In this document: positions 38,872-50,104 of the stretch, one piece after another
Numbering within the stretch: the first letter of the stretch is position 1
How the letters are laid out: each line of letters begins with the position of its first letter
Assembly (NCBI GenBank): GCA_963776345.1
Contig: CAVZMH010000015.1
Span: 64,001 to 128,000 of the forward strand
Direction: 5' to 3'
Length of the DNA stretch: 64,000 nt
DNA from: an uncultured delta proteobacterium
GTDB taxonomy: Bacteria; Myxococcota; Myxococcia; Myxococcales; Myxococcaceae
Notes under the pieces: model-generated
Told to the model about the DNA's origin: nothing
The model's database searches: none
Seen by the model: only the letters and a program-made list of their open reading frames with translations
Translations under genes and position numbers: made by a program

Positions 38872-40969
38872 GGCGCCGCCCCGCCCTCCGCCTGGATCCG
38901 CGACAGGTCGGCCAGGGGCGCGAACACCAGTGCCACCTCGCGGAGGAGGCGCACCCGGTTGTCGCGCACCGCCCGGTCGTCGGTCATCACCAGGACCTGT
39001 TCGAAGAAGGCGTCCACCGGACCCTTCAGCGCGCGGGCGGCGGCGAGCGCGGCCGGAGCGTCGTCGGCGGCGAGCGCCCGGTGGACCTCGGCGGAGGCCC
39101 GGCGCGCCACCTCGGCCAGGGCTTTCTCCGAGACCTCCTGGAACAGCCGGGGGTCGGCCGCCTCCGCCGAGACGTCCCTCCCTTGCTTCTCGACGATGTT
39201 CACCGCGCGCTTGAAGGCGATGGCCAGGGGGGTGAAGTCCGGCGCGCCCACCACCTGGGCGAAGGCGTCCAGCCGCGCCCGGGCCGAGCGCAGGTCGTCG
39301 AACCCGGCGGCCAGCACCGCCTCCACCACGTCGGCGCGGGCCCGGTCCCCCCAGAGCGCGCGGAGGCGGCCGCGGAAGAACTCCAGCAGCTGCGCCCGGG
39401 CCTCGGCCCGCGGCGCGGCGCCGAGCCCGAGCTTCCTCCCCACGCCGTCGAGCGCGTGGTCCACCGCCTCGCCCAGAGAGAGCCGGTAGCCGCGCCCGAG
39501 CACGAGGTGGACGACGCCGATGCACGCCCGCCGGAGCCCGAACGGGTCGGCCGAGGCGGTGGGGGGCTTTCCGAGCGCGAACAGCCCGGCCAGCGTGTCC
39601 AGCCGGTCCGCCATGCCGACCAGGGCGCCGGGGTCGTCGGCGGGTACCGGGTCGAACGCCCCGCGCGGCAGGTAGTGGTCGGCGATGGCCTGGGCCACCG
39701 CCGGCGGCTCGCCCGAGGCCAGCGCGTACTCGCGGCCCATGATGCCCTGGAGCTCGGGGAACTCGCCGACCATGCCGGTGGTGAGGTCGGCCTTGGCGAG
39801 GAGCGCGGCGCGGTCCACCACCTCGAGCAGCTCGGGCCGGCCCACGGCGCGGGTCAGGGCCGCGGCGAGCAGCCGGATGCGCCCCACCTTCTCGGCGTAG
39901 GTCCCGAGCTTGCCCTGCCACACCACCCGCTCGAGCGCCGGCACGCGCGAGGCGAGCGGGACCTTGCGGTCCTCGTCGAAGAAGAAGCGGCCGTCGGTCA
40001 GACGCGAGCGGAGCACCCGCTCGTAGCCCCGGAGCGACAGCTCCGGGTCACGCACCGGGGTGTTGGAGACGGCCACGAACCTGGGAAGCAGCCGGCCGTC
40101 CGCGTCCAGCACCGGGAAGTAACGCTGGTGCGAGGTCATCTCCTGCACCAGGACCTCGGGCGGCAGCTCCAGGTGCCGCTGCTCGAAGCTGCCGAGGACG
40201 GCGGTGGGCCACTCCACGAGCTCGGTCACCTGGTCGAGCAGCGCCGGGTCCTCGCGGATGCGCCCCCCGGCCTTGCGGGCCGCGTCGGCCACCTCGGTGC
40301 GAATGCGCTCCCGTCGCCCGGTCACGTCGGCCAGCACCTGGGCCCGCTCGAGCAGGCCGGCGTAGTCCCGGGGGTGCGGGACGGGATGCGGCCCCGGCGA
40401 GAGGAAGCGGTGGCCGAGCGTCATCCGCCCGCTCTTCACGTCGGCGAAGACGACCGGGACCACCTCCTGGCCGTGGAGCGCGAGCAGCCACTGCACCGGA
40501 CGGGCGAAGCTCTGCTCCACGTCCCCCCAGCGCATGCTCTTCTTGAACTCGATGCGGTGCACCGCGGTCCCCAGGACGCCCGGGAGGAGCACGCTGGCCG
40601 GGCGACCGGCCTCGGTCACCTCGGCGGCCAGGTACTCCCCCTTCGGCGTCTGCACCCGCCGGAGCGCGGACACCGCCACCCCCTGCGCCTCGGCGAACCT
40701 GGTCGCGGCCTTGGTGAGCGTGCCGTCCGGCGCGACGCCGGCCTTCACCGAGGGGCCGAGCGCCTGCCGGGTGGCGTCGGGGCTTCGCTCGGCCACCGAC
40801 TCCACCAGCACGGCGAGCCGGCGCGGCGTGGCGAAGGTGCGGGCGGCCCCGTGGGTGAGCCGCGCCCCCTCGAGGCCCGAGAGGACGAGCGTCCGGAGCT
40901 GTTCCACGCCCGGCTCGACCGCGCCGGCCGGGAGCTCCTCGGTGCCGATCTCGAAGAGGAGGTCCTCGC

Positions 40970-40973
<4 letters not shown>
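38868..40973 (-). CDS. glyS: Glycine--tRNA ligase beta subunit
   Basis: [42 protein letters not shown]. Confidence 0.97.
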
Positions 40974-41932
<959 letters not shown>

Positions 41933-41944
41933 GCGGGGCGCACC

Positions 41945-42130
41945 CTAGTGCCTCGACCGGGGTGTATCGAGCGCTGCGATGGTCGATCCTCTCGCTGCCA
42001 CCCGCAGACTCGGCCCTGCGCTGCTCGACGTGCCGACGAGCACGCCTCCGCTGCTCGTTCCTCGTGTGCGCGGTTTCGCTTCGGTCTCTGCCATCTCGCT
42101 GTGCTCAATACACCCCGGTCGAGGCACTAG
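41945..42130. mobile_element. Putative MITE (non-autonomous miniature inverted-repeat element), 186 bp including flanking CTAGs
   Basis: Perfect 23-bp terminal inverted repeat CTAGTGCCTCGACCGGGGTGTAT (41945-41967 and 42108-42130), extending imperfectly inward; no coding capacity. Confidence 0.8.
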
Positions 42131-42858
42131 TCGACGCCCACGCTGCGCAGGAAGTCGACGCTCTTCAGCCGCCGTCCGAGCTGGGCCTCGATGAACCGCG
42201 CCAGGAGCCCCCGGGCCTCGGCCCGGAGCGCCGGGGACAGCGGCCGACGCGCCCCTCCCTGGATCGCCAGGAGGCCGGCGAGCACCGCCGGGTCGATGCC
42301 CGGGGCCCTGGACCGGTCGCCGCAGCCCGCGCAGACCGCGCCCCCGTGGTCCACGTCGAACCGGGGCGCCTCGCCGGGAGGTCCGCCGCAGAGCGCGCAG
42401 GCGTCGAAGCGGGGCCGGAGGCCGGCCAGGGCCAGCGCCTGGAGCTCGAAGGCCAGCACCGAGGTGGGGCCGGCCTCCCCCGCGTCCAGGCGGCCCAGCC
42501 ACTCCACCGTCAGCGCGAAGAGCTCGGGGGCCGGCTGGTCGTCACGGAGCAGCTCGCGGCAGAGCTCGAGGGCATAGAGCGCCCGGGCGATGCGCGGCAG
42601 CTCCTCGCGGATGCGGGGAAAGGCGTGCACCACGTCCACCCCGTCGAGCCGGACGGTGGAGCCGTGCCGTTCCACCAGGCGCGCCCGCAGCACCGTGCCC
42701 GGCTCGAGCGCCCCGGCGAACCGGCGGCGGCTCTTGCGCGCGCCGGCGGCGAAGGCGGTGAGCTTGCCCCGTCCCCGCGTGAGCAGGGTCACCAGCCGGT
42801 CGGCCTCGCCGTAGTCCAGCGTGCCCAGGACCAGCGCCTCGTCCTCCCAGCGCTCCAC
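42127..42858 (-). CDS. recO: DNA repair protein RecO
   Basis: DYGEADRLVTLLT, GARKSRRRF, zinc motifs CALC and CAGC. Confidence 0.93.
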   Translation of the reverse strand: MERWEDEALVLGTLDYGEADRLVTLLTRGRGKLTAFAAGARKSRRRFAGALEPGTVLRARLVERHGSTVRLDGVDVVHAFPRIREELPRIARALYALELCRELLRDDQPAPELFALTVEWLGRLDAGEAGPTSVLAFELQALALAGLRPRFDACALCGGPPGEAPRFDVDHGGAVCAGCGDRSRAPGIDPAVLAGLLAIQGGARRPLSPALRAEARGLLARFIEAQLGRRLKSVDFLRSVGVD

Positions 42859-42868
42859 TCGCGGCGGC

Positions 42869-43654
42869 TCAGGGCCGGGCGCCCTGCCCTCCCAGCCGGT
42901 CCCGCAGCCGGATGCACTCGTCGTGCACCCGCGCCTGCGCCGCGCCGGTGGCATTCTCCACGCAGGCGTCGAAGCTCGCCCGGGCCTCGGCGGTACGGCC
43001 CTGGCGCACCTGGCAGCTGCCCTGGAGCTGGTAGGCCTCGGCCACCTTCGGGCAGGCGCGGACGAACCGCCCGAACTCGGTGCAGGCCGCCGACAGGTCC
43101 CCGCGGGCGTCCTGCACCAGGCCCAGGTTCTTGTAGCCGAGGCAGAACTGGGGATTGGTGGTGACCGCGGCCCGGAGGTGCTCGATGGCCTGGGCGTTGT
43201 TGCCCTTCTTGAAGTACGCCCAGCCGAGGTTGGCCTCGGCGATGTACGGCGTCGCGTAGAGCATGTCGTTCAGCGCCTGCTCGTACAGCCTGATGGCCTC
43301 ATCCAGCCGGCCCTGGTCCAGGTAGAGGTTCCCCAGGTTCACCTTGGCCTCGGAGAAGGCAGGGCGGATCTCGAGGGCGCGCCGGTAGTGCTTCTCGGCC
43401 TCGTCCTTCTTGTCGAACGACAGGTGGAGCAGGAGCGCGATGGCGTTGTGCGCCTCGGCGAAGTCCTCGTCGAGCTTCAGCGACGCCTCGAACTCCTTGA
43501 GCGCGCTCCGCACGTCGCCGGCGGTCTGGGCGCTGACGCCGAGGTCGTAGTGCGCCTCGGCGCCCTGGCGTTCCTTCTCGGTCGGGATGTGGACGCACGC
43601 CGCCAGCAGGCCGGCGACGGCGAGGGCGAGGAGGGCGGCGGAGGGGCGGAGCAT
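42869..43654 (-). CDS. tgl: TPR lipoprotein Tgl (type IV pilus secretin pilotin, PilF/PilW-like)
   Basis: Lipobox LAAC, several TPRs, ALNDMLYATPYIAEANLGWA, Cys-rich C-terminus. Confidence 0.85.
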   Translation of the reverse strand: MLRPSAALLALAVAGLLAACVHIPTEKERQGAEAHYDLGVSAQTAGDVRSALKEFEASLKLDEDFAEAHNAIALLLHLSFDKKDEAEKHYRRALEIRPAFSEAKVNLGNLYLDQGRLDEAIRLYEQALNDMLYATPYIAEANLGWAYFKKGNNAQAIEHLRAAVTTNPQFCLGYKNLGLVQDARGDLSAACTEFGRFVRACPKVAEAYQLQGSCQVRQGRTAEARASFDACVENATGAAQARVHDECIRLRDRLGGQGARP

Positions 43655-43667
43655 CCTGGAGGGCGGG

Positions 43668-44150
43668 CTAGAACGACGAGAACAGCCGCGCCAGGGCCGC
43701 GCCGGTGGCGGCGCCGGCGCTCCCGGGCTGGCTGGTGGGGGCCACCGCGGGCGTGCTCCCGGTCGCCGCCCGCCCGCCCCGCCACACCGGCACCGACTGG
43801 AGCAGCTCGGCCTGGTGCTCGGGAGAGAGCGAGCGGAAGTTGAGGTTGTCCATCATGAAGCCCATGGACTCGACGAAGCCCAGGGCCTCGGTCTGGAGCG
43901 CCCGGTACTCCTCGGGCGTCTGGGCGGTGGCCGGGGTGGTGTAGACCGCGCACTCCTTGGTCTCGGAGAGCCAGAGGTACACGCCCACCGAGAACCCGTG
44001 CGTCCCCCGGAGGCAGGCGATGAAGGCCTGGGCCGGACCGGCACGGCGTCCGGGGACCACCACGTGGGGCGCGTTGATGCTCTGGAACAGGGCCGCGACC
44101 TGCTCGCGTGCGGCCTCGAGTCCACGCGCCTGGTCGTCGATCGAGAACAC
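43668..44150 (-). CDS. Conserved myxobacterial protein encoded upstream of tgl
   Basis: EALGFVESMGFMMDNLNF motif, C-terminal LARLFSSF; position next to tgl. Confidence 0.75.
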   Translation of the reverse strand: MFSIDDQARGLEAAREQVAALFQSINAPHVVVPGRRAGPAQAFIACLRGTHGFSVGVYLWLSETKECAVYTTPATAQTPEEYRALQTEALGFVESMGFMMDNLNFRSLSPEHQAELLQSVPVWRGGRAATGSTPAVAPTSQPGSAGAATGAALARLFSSF

Positions 44151-44187
44151 GGTGTTGGATGCTTATGCCACGACCTCGCCAGCGGTT

Positions 44188-44907
44188 CTAGCGAGCGGCC
44201 GACTGGGGGTCGCGAACGGCGTACGCCCAGTCGCCGCCGAGGCCCTCCCCGGTGCGGAAGCGCCCGAAGTCGCGCTTCACGCGGCGCGGGTAGAACCGGT
44301 ACGGGTCCAGCGAGCGCTCGCGGATGGCCTGGCGGATCCGGTCGGGGCCGGCGTTGTAGGCCATGAGCGCCATGGAGAGGTCGCCGCCGAAGCGGTCCTG
44401 GAGCGAGCGGAGGTACCGGATGCCCAGGCGCACGCAGAGCGCCGGGTCGGCCGCCATCTCCTCCCGGGTGAGGCGCAGCCCCTGCTTCTCGGCGAACCAG
44501 TGGAGGGTCGCGGGCTTGATCTGCATCAGCCCGCGGGCGCCACGGGAGCTGACCGCGTCCACGTCGAAGTCGCTCTCCACGTCGATGATGGCGAGGATGA
44601 GCAGCGGGTCGTAGCCGGCGCGCCGGGCCTCCTCGGCGATGGCGCGGCTCACCTGCGCCCGGAGCACGAGACCGAGCTCCGGGGCCCGCTTGGCGAGCAC
44701 CGAGTCGATGAGCGCCAGGTCCGGGTCGGGCTGCGCCACGGCCGCGGCCGCCTCGGCCGTGACCGGCGAGCGCCCTTGCACGGTGCCCTCGATGCGCGCC
44801 GCCCCCAGGAGGAAGGCGGCCGCCACCAGCGGCAGCACCGCGCAGTGCGAGCTCAGCGCGTGCATCTGGAACAGCAGTCGTCGCACCGGTCCGTCAGCTC
44901 CTTCCAA
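44188..44907 (-). CDS. Lytic transglycosylase (SLT domain)
   Basis: IDVES, GARGLMQI, AYNAG. Start uncertain. Confidence 0.9.
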   Translation of the reverse strand: MEGADGPVRRLLFQMHALSSHCAVLPLVAAAFLLGAARIEGTVQGRSPVTAEAAAAVAQPDPDLALIDSVLAKRAPELGLVLRAQVSRAIAEEARRAGYDPLLILAIIDVESDFDVDAVSSRGARGLMQIKPATLHWFAEKQGLRLTREEMAADPALCVRLGIRYLRSLQDRFGGDLSMALMAYNAGPDRIRQAIRERSLDPYRFYPRRVKRDFGRFRTGEGLGGDWAYAVRDPQSAAR

Positions 44908-44925
44908 GGGAGTCGAGGCGGCGCG

Positions 44926-45270
44926 CTACGCCCCTCGCTCCAGTCGCTCCAGCCGCTCGGCCACCCGGTCCAGCCGGGCCACCAGCTCCTGGACCTCGTC
45001 TCGACGCGGGACCCGGAGACGCTGCAGCGCGCCCCGGACCCGCTCCTCCAGCCCCTGCTCCAGCTCCTTTCGCTGGGCCGCCAGCCGCTCGGCCAGCTCA
45101 GCCATCTGGCGCCGGACCTCGTCCTGACTCCACCCGGCGACCGTCTGGGCACGCTGCACGACCCGCGCCGCCTCGTCCTCGACGCTGGACACCGCGGTGA
45201 CGGCCTGGGCCCACATCCGCTCCAGGGCCTCGACAACCGGCCGTTTGTCCTTGAGAAGTTCCCCTGCCAT
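44926..45270 (-). CDS. Phasin-like (PHA granule-associated) protein
   Basis: Amphipathic helices, C-terminal LRVPRRDEVQELVARLD; ATG 45270. Confidence 0.65.
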   Translation of the reverse strand: MAGELLKDKRPVVEALERMWAQAVTAVSSVEDEAARVVQRAQTVAGWSQDEVRRQMAELAERLAAQRKELEQGLEERVRGALQRLRVPRRDEVQELVARLDRVAERLERLERGA

Positions 45271-45405
45271 GTCGGACTCCAGCGCCAGGACGCCTGCCTG
45301 ACCATCAGGCAGGGTGCCGGTCCACGCCAGAAACATAAGCACCACCCCGGGGTGAAGCCATTTCAAGGGTGGCGCCGTGGGGTCTGGGATGACCCACTGC
45401 CCTCG

Positions 45406-45741
45406 CTAAACGCGGGCGTCGGTCTTCGTCGGGGTCTTCTTCTCGACCAGGGCGTCCACCTTCTTGGACAGCTTCGACAGCTCCCGGGTCAGGATCTTGA
45501 TCTGGCTCTGGGTGGCCACGCCGGCGGCCTGGATGAGGCGGTTCTGGAACGTTTCCGCGGTCTTGCGGACCTCGTTCCCGAGCGCCTTGGTGCGCTTGGC
45601 GGTGGTGGCCTGGAGCTCCTGGCCCTTCGCCACCCACTCCTTGATGGTCTTCTCGGCCTCTCGCTGGATGACCACGAACCGCTTCTGGGCCTCCACGAGC
45701 TGCTCCTTCACGAACGCCGGAACCTCGCTGTTCTTGGACAT
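45406..45741 (-). CDS. Phasin-like coiled-coil protein
   Basis: SD AAGGAGG before ATG 45741; GVATQSQIKILTRELSKLSKKVD. Confidence 0.65.
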   Translation of the reverse strand: MSKNSEVPAFVKEQLVEAQKRFVVIQREAEKTIKEWVAKGQELQATTAKRTKALGNEVRKTAETFQNRLIQAAGVATQSQIKILTRELSKLSKKVDALVEKKTPTKTDARV

Positions 45742-45856
45742 GACACTCGCCTCCTTCGGGCAAAGCCTCGACGGGCTGGCTGACGTGCCGCCCGGCACGG
45801 TGCTCATAACGCACCGCGCCAACGTGTCAAGCGAAGGCTGGTGACGGCGAGGTTGG

Positions 45857-45961
45857 CTACTTCGCGGAGGCGGCAGCGGTCTTCTTGCGCTCGCGCCGCT
45901 TCTTCCAGTGCTGCTTGATCTTCATCTGCTTGCGCCGGTGCTTGCTCCTGCTGCGGGCCAT
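45857..45961 (-). CDS. Small highly basic protein (34 aa)
   Basis: MARSRSKHRRKQMKIKQHWKKRRERKKTAAASAK; SD AAGGAG; nearly all codons end in G/C. Absent from the ORF track. Confidence 0.75.
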   Translation of the reverse strand: MARSRSKHRRKQMKIKQHWKKRRERKKTAAASAK

Positions 45962-46022
45962 CCCTGCTCCTTGGTTCGTCGTCTGAGGAGGGGCCGCCTC
46001 TACCAGAGGAGACCGGGGCCCG

Positions 46023-47303
46023 TCACGTGTCCGACCCGTCCGGGGGGCGCGTGGGGAAGGGAATCCCCTCCGCGCCGCGCACCGCGGTGGGCAGCGCCTC
46101 GGCCACGGTCACGGTGCCCTCCCGGTCGCGGTCCGGTGGAGGCCCGGGCGGCGACGGCGCGCGGCGCCGCTGCCCGAGCGCGGGGCGGACCGCCTCCATG
46201 AACCGCCGCACCTCGTCCAGGGGGAGCGCCGGACAGTGGTTCCCGTTGATGCCGGTCATCGGGCCGGCCATGCACATCGAGTTGAGGATCGCCTCCTCGG
46301 TGGCCTCCATCACCGCCTCGTAGAGCGGGTCCAGTCGCTGATCGAGGAGGAACTTCACCTTGGTGACCATCTTCTGCGTGCGGCGGGGGATGACGTTGGC
46401 GGTGGAGAAGCCGACCACGATCTCTCCCGAGCCGTGCGCGGCGTAGCTGCCCACGCGTCCGATGCCCAGCGCGACGCGCCGGCAGAGCCGGTTGATCTGG
46501 TTGGGCAGGAGCGGCGCGTCGGTGGCCACCACGGCGATGATGCTCCCGTACGTCGTGGTGCGCCGGGGCACCTCGCGGAAGCGCTCCTCGAGCACCTCCC
46601 CCAGCGGCAATCCACCCATCCGGAGGTTGTGCATCTTCCCGAAGTTGGACATCACCAGCACGCCCAGCGTGTAGCCGCCGTGCGACTCGGGGAGCTTTCG
46701 CGAGGACGTGCCGATGCCTGCCTTGAAGTCGCAGGTCACCATCCCGGTACCCGCGCCCACGCTCCCCTCCGCCACCGGCCCGCCCGCCGCCGAGGCCACC
46801 GCCGAGCGCACGTGCTCCTCGCGCACGTGACGGCCGGTGATGTCGTTGAGCCAGCTGTCGTCGCACTCGCCGACCACCGGGATGATGACGTCGTGCTCGT
46901 CGCCGATGCCCGGGTACTGCTCCACCATGATGCGGGCCATGGCGTCCGACACCACGCCAACCGACATGGTGTTGGTGAGGAGGATGGGCGTCTCCAGCAA
47001 ACCCCACTCCATCACCTGGGTGAGCCCGGAGACCTCGCCGGCGCCGTTGAGCACGAAGGCGCCGCCGTGCAGCCGCTCCACGAAGATGTTGCCCCCGCTG
47101 GGGACGATGGCGGTGACCCCGGTCCGCACCGGCCCCTTGCCCGGCCGGAGCGGACCCTCGCCCGCGATGAGCGTGGTGTGACCGACCAGGACGCCGCCCA
47201 CGTCGGTGATGGCGTTGAAGCGGCCCGGGCGGAAGCGCCCCAGCGGCAGGTCCAGGGCTCGGGCCCGCACCCGTGGAACGGCGGTCTCCAGGGCCTCGGC
47301 CAT
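46023..47303 (-). CDS. DmpA-like P1/S58 aminopeptidase
   Basis: NAITDVGGVLVGH, RTGVTAI, EGSVGAGTGM, KAGIGTSSR, HGSGE. Confidence 0.92.
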   Translation of the reverse strand: MAEALETAVPRVRARALDLPLGRFRPGRFNAITDVGGVLVGHTTLIAGEGPLRPGKGPVRTGVTAIVPSGGNIFVERLHGGAFVLNGAGEVSGLTQVMEWGLLETPILLTNTMSVGVVSDAMARIMVEQYPGIGDEHDVIIPVVGECDDSWLNDITGRHVREEHVRSAVASAAGGPVAEGSVGAGTGMVTCDFKAGIGTSSRKLPESHGGYTLGVLVMSNFGKMHNLRMGGLPLGEVLEERFREVPRRTTTYGSIIAVVATDAPLLPNQINRLCRRVALGIGRVGSYAAHGSGEIVVGFSTANVIPRRTQKMVTKVKFLLDQRLDPLYEAVMEATEEAILNSMCMAGPMTGINGNHCPALPLDEVRRFMEAVRPALGQRRRAPSPPGPPPDRDREGTVTVAEALPTAVRGAEGIPFPTRPPDGSDT

Positions 47304-47316
47304 GACCCGGCCGACC

Positions 47317-47985
47317 TTACTCCCTCGGCCGGGCTCCCTCGATCAACATCACGTTCATGATGCCCACCAGCTGCTCGAGCGGCGGCACCGAGAGCTCCAG
47401 CGCGTTGAACTGGCCGTTGGCGACGAGCTCCGACAGCCCGTGCACCATCGACCAGGCGCAGAGCGCCGCGACCAGAGGGTCGCCGGGCCGGATGAGCCCC
47501 GCGGCCTGGCAAGCCCTCACCTGGGAGATGAGCACCCCGAAGGCGTGGTCCGCGCTCTCCTCGAGCTTCAGGTGCTCGCAGCTCCAGTCGACGTGGTTCC
47601 CGAACATCACCTGGAAGTGCGCGCGCTTGGTGGTGGCGAACCGGACGTAGGCCGTGCCGATGGCCTGCAGGCCCCGCCCCGGGTCCCCGGGATGCGCGGC
47701 GGCGCCGCTCGCCATCTCGGCGGCGAGCATCCGGAAGCCCTCCTCCGCCACCACGGCGAGGAGCGCCTGCTTGTCGGCGAAGTGCCGGTACGGCGCGGCG
47801 TGGGTGACGCCCGCCCGGCGCGCCACCTCGCGGAGGGTGAGCGCGCTCGCCCCCTCGCGGGAGAGCACCTCCAGCGCCGCGTCGAGCAGCGCGCGGCGGA
47901 GGTCGCCGTGATGGTACCTCCCATGCTTCTTCTCCACGGCCGAACGCGCGGGGCCGCGCGCCCGGGCCCGCGTCACCGGGCTCAC
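47317..47985 (-). CDS. TetR-family regulator (WHG-type C-terminus)
   Basis: YHHGDLRRALL, LREVARRAGVTHAAPYRHF, WSMVHG. Start uncertain. Confidence 0.9.
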   Translation of the reverse strand: MSPVTRARARGPARSAVEKKHGRYHHGDLRRALLDAALEVLSREGASALTLREVARRAGVTHAAPYRHFADKQALLAVVAEEGFRMLAAEMASGAAAHPGDPGRGLQAIGTAYVRFATTKRAHFQVMFGNHVDWSCEHLKLEESADHAFGVLISQVRACQAAGLIRPGDPLVAALCAWSMVHGLSELVANGQFNALELSVPPLEQLVGIMNVMLIEGARPRE

Positions 47986-50099
47986 CCCTTGCCCTCGCGG
48001 AGCTCGACCGGGGACAGCTCGGCGACCGCGCTCCCGTTCGCCTGGGCCGCGGGCACGTCGGCGGCGCGCCGCTGCTCGCGCTCCTTGTAGCGACGGATGG
48101 CGCCGCTCAGGATCTCGCCGATGAGGGTCCGGTAGTCCATGCCTGCGCCCTTGGCGATGAGCACCAGGTCGCTCCACCCCGGGGTCAGGCCGGGCAGCGG
48201 GTTGCACTCGAGGAAGTAGAAGCGGCCCCGGGCATCCATCTTGAAGTCGATCCGCGCCACGTCCCGGCACCCCAGCGCCATGAACGCCCCGCGCGCCGCG
48301 GTGCGCAGCTTCTCGATCTGGTTGGGCTCGAGCTTGGCTGGCACGTCGTAGCGGATGCGATCGTTCCAGTCGAGCTTGTGCTGGAAGCTGTAGACCGGGT
48401 TCTCCTCCTCGGTGTCCACGAAGACGATCTCCATCGGCGGCAGCACCCGCGGCCGCCGCTCGCCGAGCAGGCCCACGGTGAACTCGCGCCCCCGGATGTA
48501 CTCCTCCACCAGCGCGGGCTGCTGGTACTTGGAGACCATCTCCCGCACCACCTCGCGGAGCTCGGCCTCGTTCTGCACCACGCTCTTGCTCACCACGCCC
48601 TTGCTCGAGCCCTCCGCCACCGGCTTCACCATCAGCGGGAAGTCGGTGAACTCCCGATTCAGCCGCTCCTTCCCGGTGGTGAAGATCTGGAAGTTGGGGG
48701 TGTGGATGCCGTGCTGGCGGACGATCTTCTTGGCCAGCGCCTTGTCCAGGGCGAGCGAGAGCGTGGCCGGGTCGCTCCCGGTGTACGGGATGTCCAGGAG
48801 CTCGAGCAGCGAGGGAACCTGCGCCTCGCGGTTCCTTCCCTTGAAGCCCTCGGCGATGTTGAAGACCAGATCGAGCGGGGTGACCGCGAGGACGGTGGGC
48901 AGCTCCTGGTTCGCCTCGAGGTCGATGACCTCGTGCCCCCAGGAGGCGATGGCCTCACGGATCGCCTGGAGCGTGCTCGGGCTGTCGTACTCGGCCTCGG
49001 AGTCCTCCACCGCGTCGGCGGTGGGCTTGATGCGCTTGACGTTGTAGGCGAACCCGACGCGCAGCGGCCCGGACTTCCGGGTGGGCTTCCCCTGCCGGCG
49101 CGGGCTCTCCTTGATGCCGTAGCGGCGGGCGGCGGCCTGGATGACCGAGCCGATGACCGCGTCGAAGTGCAGGCCCTCGAGCTCGGCCGCGGCGTAGATC
49201 CCGGCGCCCGGCTCCAGCGAGGGCAGGGCGTTGATCTCCAGGAAGTACGGCACGCCGGCGTCGCTGAGCCGGAAGTCGATCCGGCCGAGGTCGCGGCAGT
49301 CGGTGAGCCGGAACACCGTCTGCGCGGTCCGCCGGAGCTCGTCGACGATCGCCGGGGGGAGGGAGGCCGGCGCCTTCACCCGCACCGCCCGATCCTCGGA
49401 CGTCTTGAGGGCGTAGTCGTAGATGGCGTAGCGGCGCTGGCGCGACACCTCCGGGTCGACGACGTACTCCACCGGCGCGAGCACCCCGTCGTACTCGTTC
49501 TCCACCGCGGCGAGGTACGGGACGGTGAGGTCGCGCCCCGAGATGTACTCCTCCACCAGGACGCCGGCCGGGTAGCGCTCGAGCGCCCAGGCGACCTTCT
49601 CCTCCAGCTCGGCCACCGTCTCGGCCACCGAGTCCTGGGTGATGCCCTTGCTGCTCCCCTCGAAGTTCGGCTTGACGATGACCGGGAAACGCAGCGCCGA
49701 GGCCTTCAGCTCGTCCAGCGTCTCGACGTACTGCCACCCCGGCGTACGGACGTCGTGGTCGCGGAGGATGAGCTTGGTGAGCTGCTTGTCCAGGGTGACC
49801 GCCAGCGCGTAGGCGTCGCTTCCCGTGTAGGGGAAGCCCAGCTCGTCGAAGAGCGCCGGGTAGAAGGCCTCGCGGAAGCGCCCTCGCCTCCCCTCGGCGG
49901 TGTTGAAGATGAGGTCCGGCGAGTACGCCTCGAGCCGGGCCACCGTCCGCGAGGCGGGCCCGGAGACCTCGAAGCGCTCCAGCCGGTGCCCGAGCCGGTC
50001 GATGGCCCCGGCGAGGGCGTCCACCGTCTGCTGGGTGTCGAACTCGGCCTCTTCCTCGGAGTCGGAGAGGCGGAGGTTGTAGGTCAGCGCGATTCGCAC
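47982..50099 (-). CDS. Tandem two-domain D-Ala-D-Ala ligase-like ATP-grasp protein
   Basis: Two copies of FN.AEG, YTGSD, KP..EGSSKG, CRD..RIDF, LE.N.LP. Confidence 0.9.
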   Translation of the reverse strand: MRIALTYNLRLSDSEEEAEFDTQQTVDALAGAIDRLGHRLERFEVSGPASRTVARLEAYSPDLIFNTAEGRRGRFREAFYPALFDELGFPYTGSDAYALAVTLDKQLTKLILRDHDVRTPGWQYVETLDELKASALRFPVIVKPNFEGSSKGITQDSVAETVAELEEKVAWALERYPAGVLVEEYISGRDLTVPYLAAVENEYDGVLAPVEYVVDPEVSRQRRYAIYDYALKTSEDRAVRVKAPASLPPAIVDELRRTAQTVFRLTDCRDLGRIDFRLSDAGVPYFLEINALPSLEPGAGIYAAAELEGLHFDAVIGSVIQAAARRYGIKESPRRQGKPTRKSGPLRVGFAYNVKRIKPTADAVEDSEAEYDSPSTLQAIREAIASWGHEVIDLEANQELPTVLAVTPLDLVFNIAEGFKGRNREAQVPSLLELLDIPYTGSDPATLSLALDKALAKKIVRQHGIHTPNFQIFTTGKERLNREFTDFPLMVKPVAEGSSKGVVSKSVVQNEAELREVVREMVSKYQQPALVEEYIRGREFTVGLLGERRPRVLPPMEIVFVDTEEENPVYSFQHKLDWNDRIRYDVPAKLEPNQIEKLRTAARGAFMALGCRDVARIDFKMDARGRFYFLECNPLPGLTPGWSDLVLIAKGAGMDYRTLIGEILSGAIRRYKEREQRRAADVPAAQANGSAVAELSPVELREGKG

Positions 50100-50104
50100 G
50101 GCGT

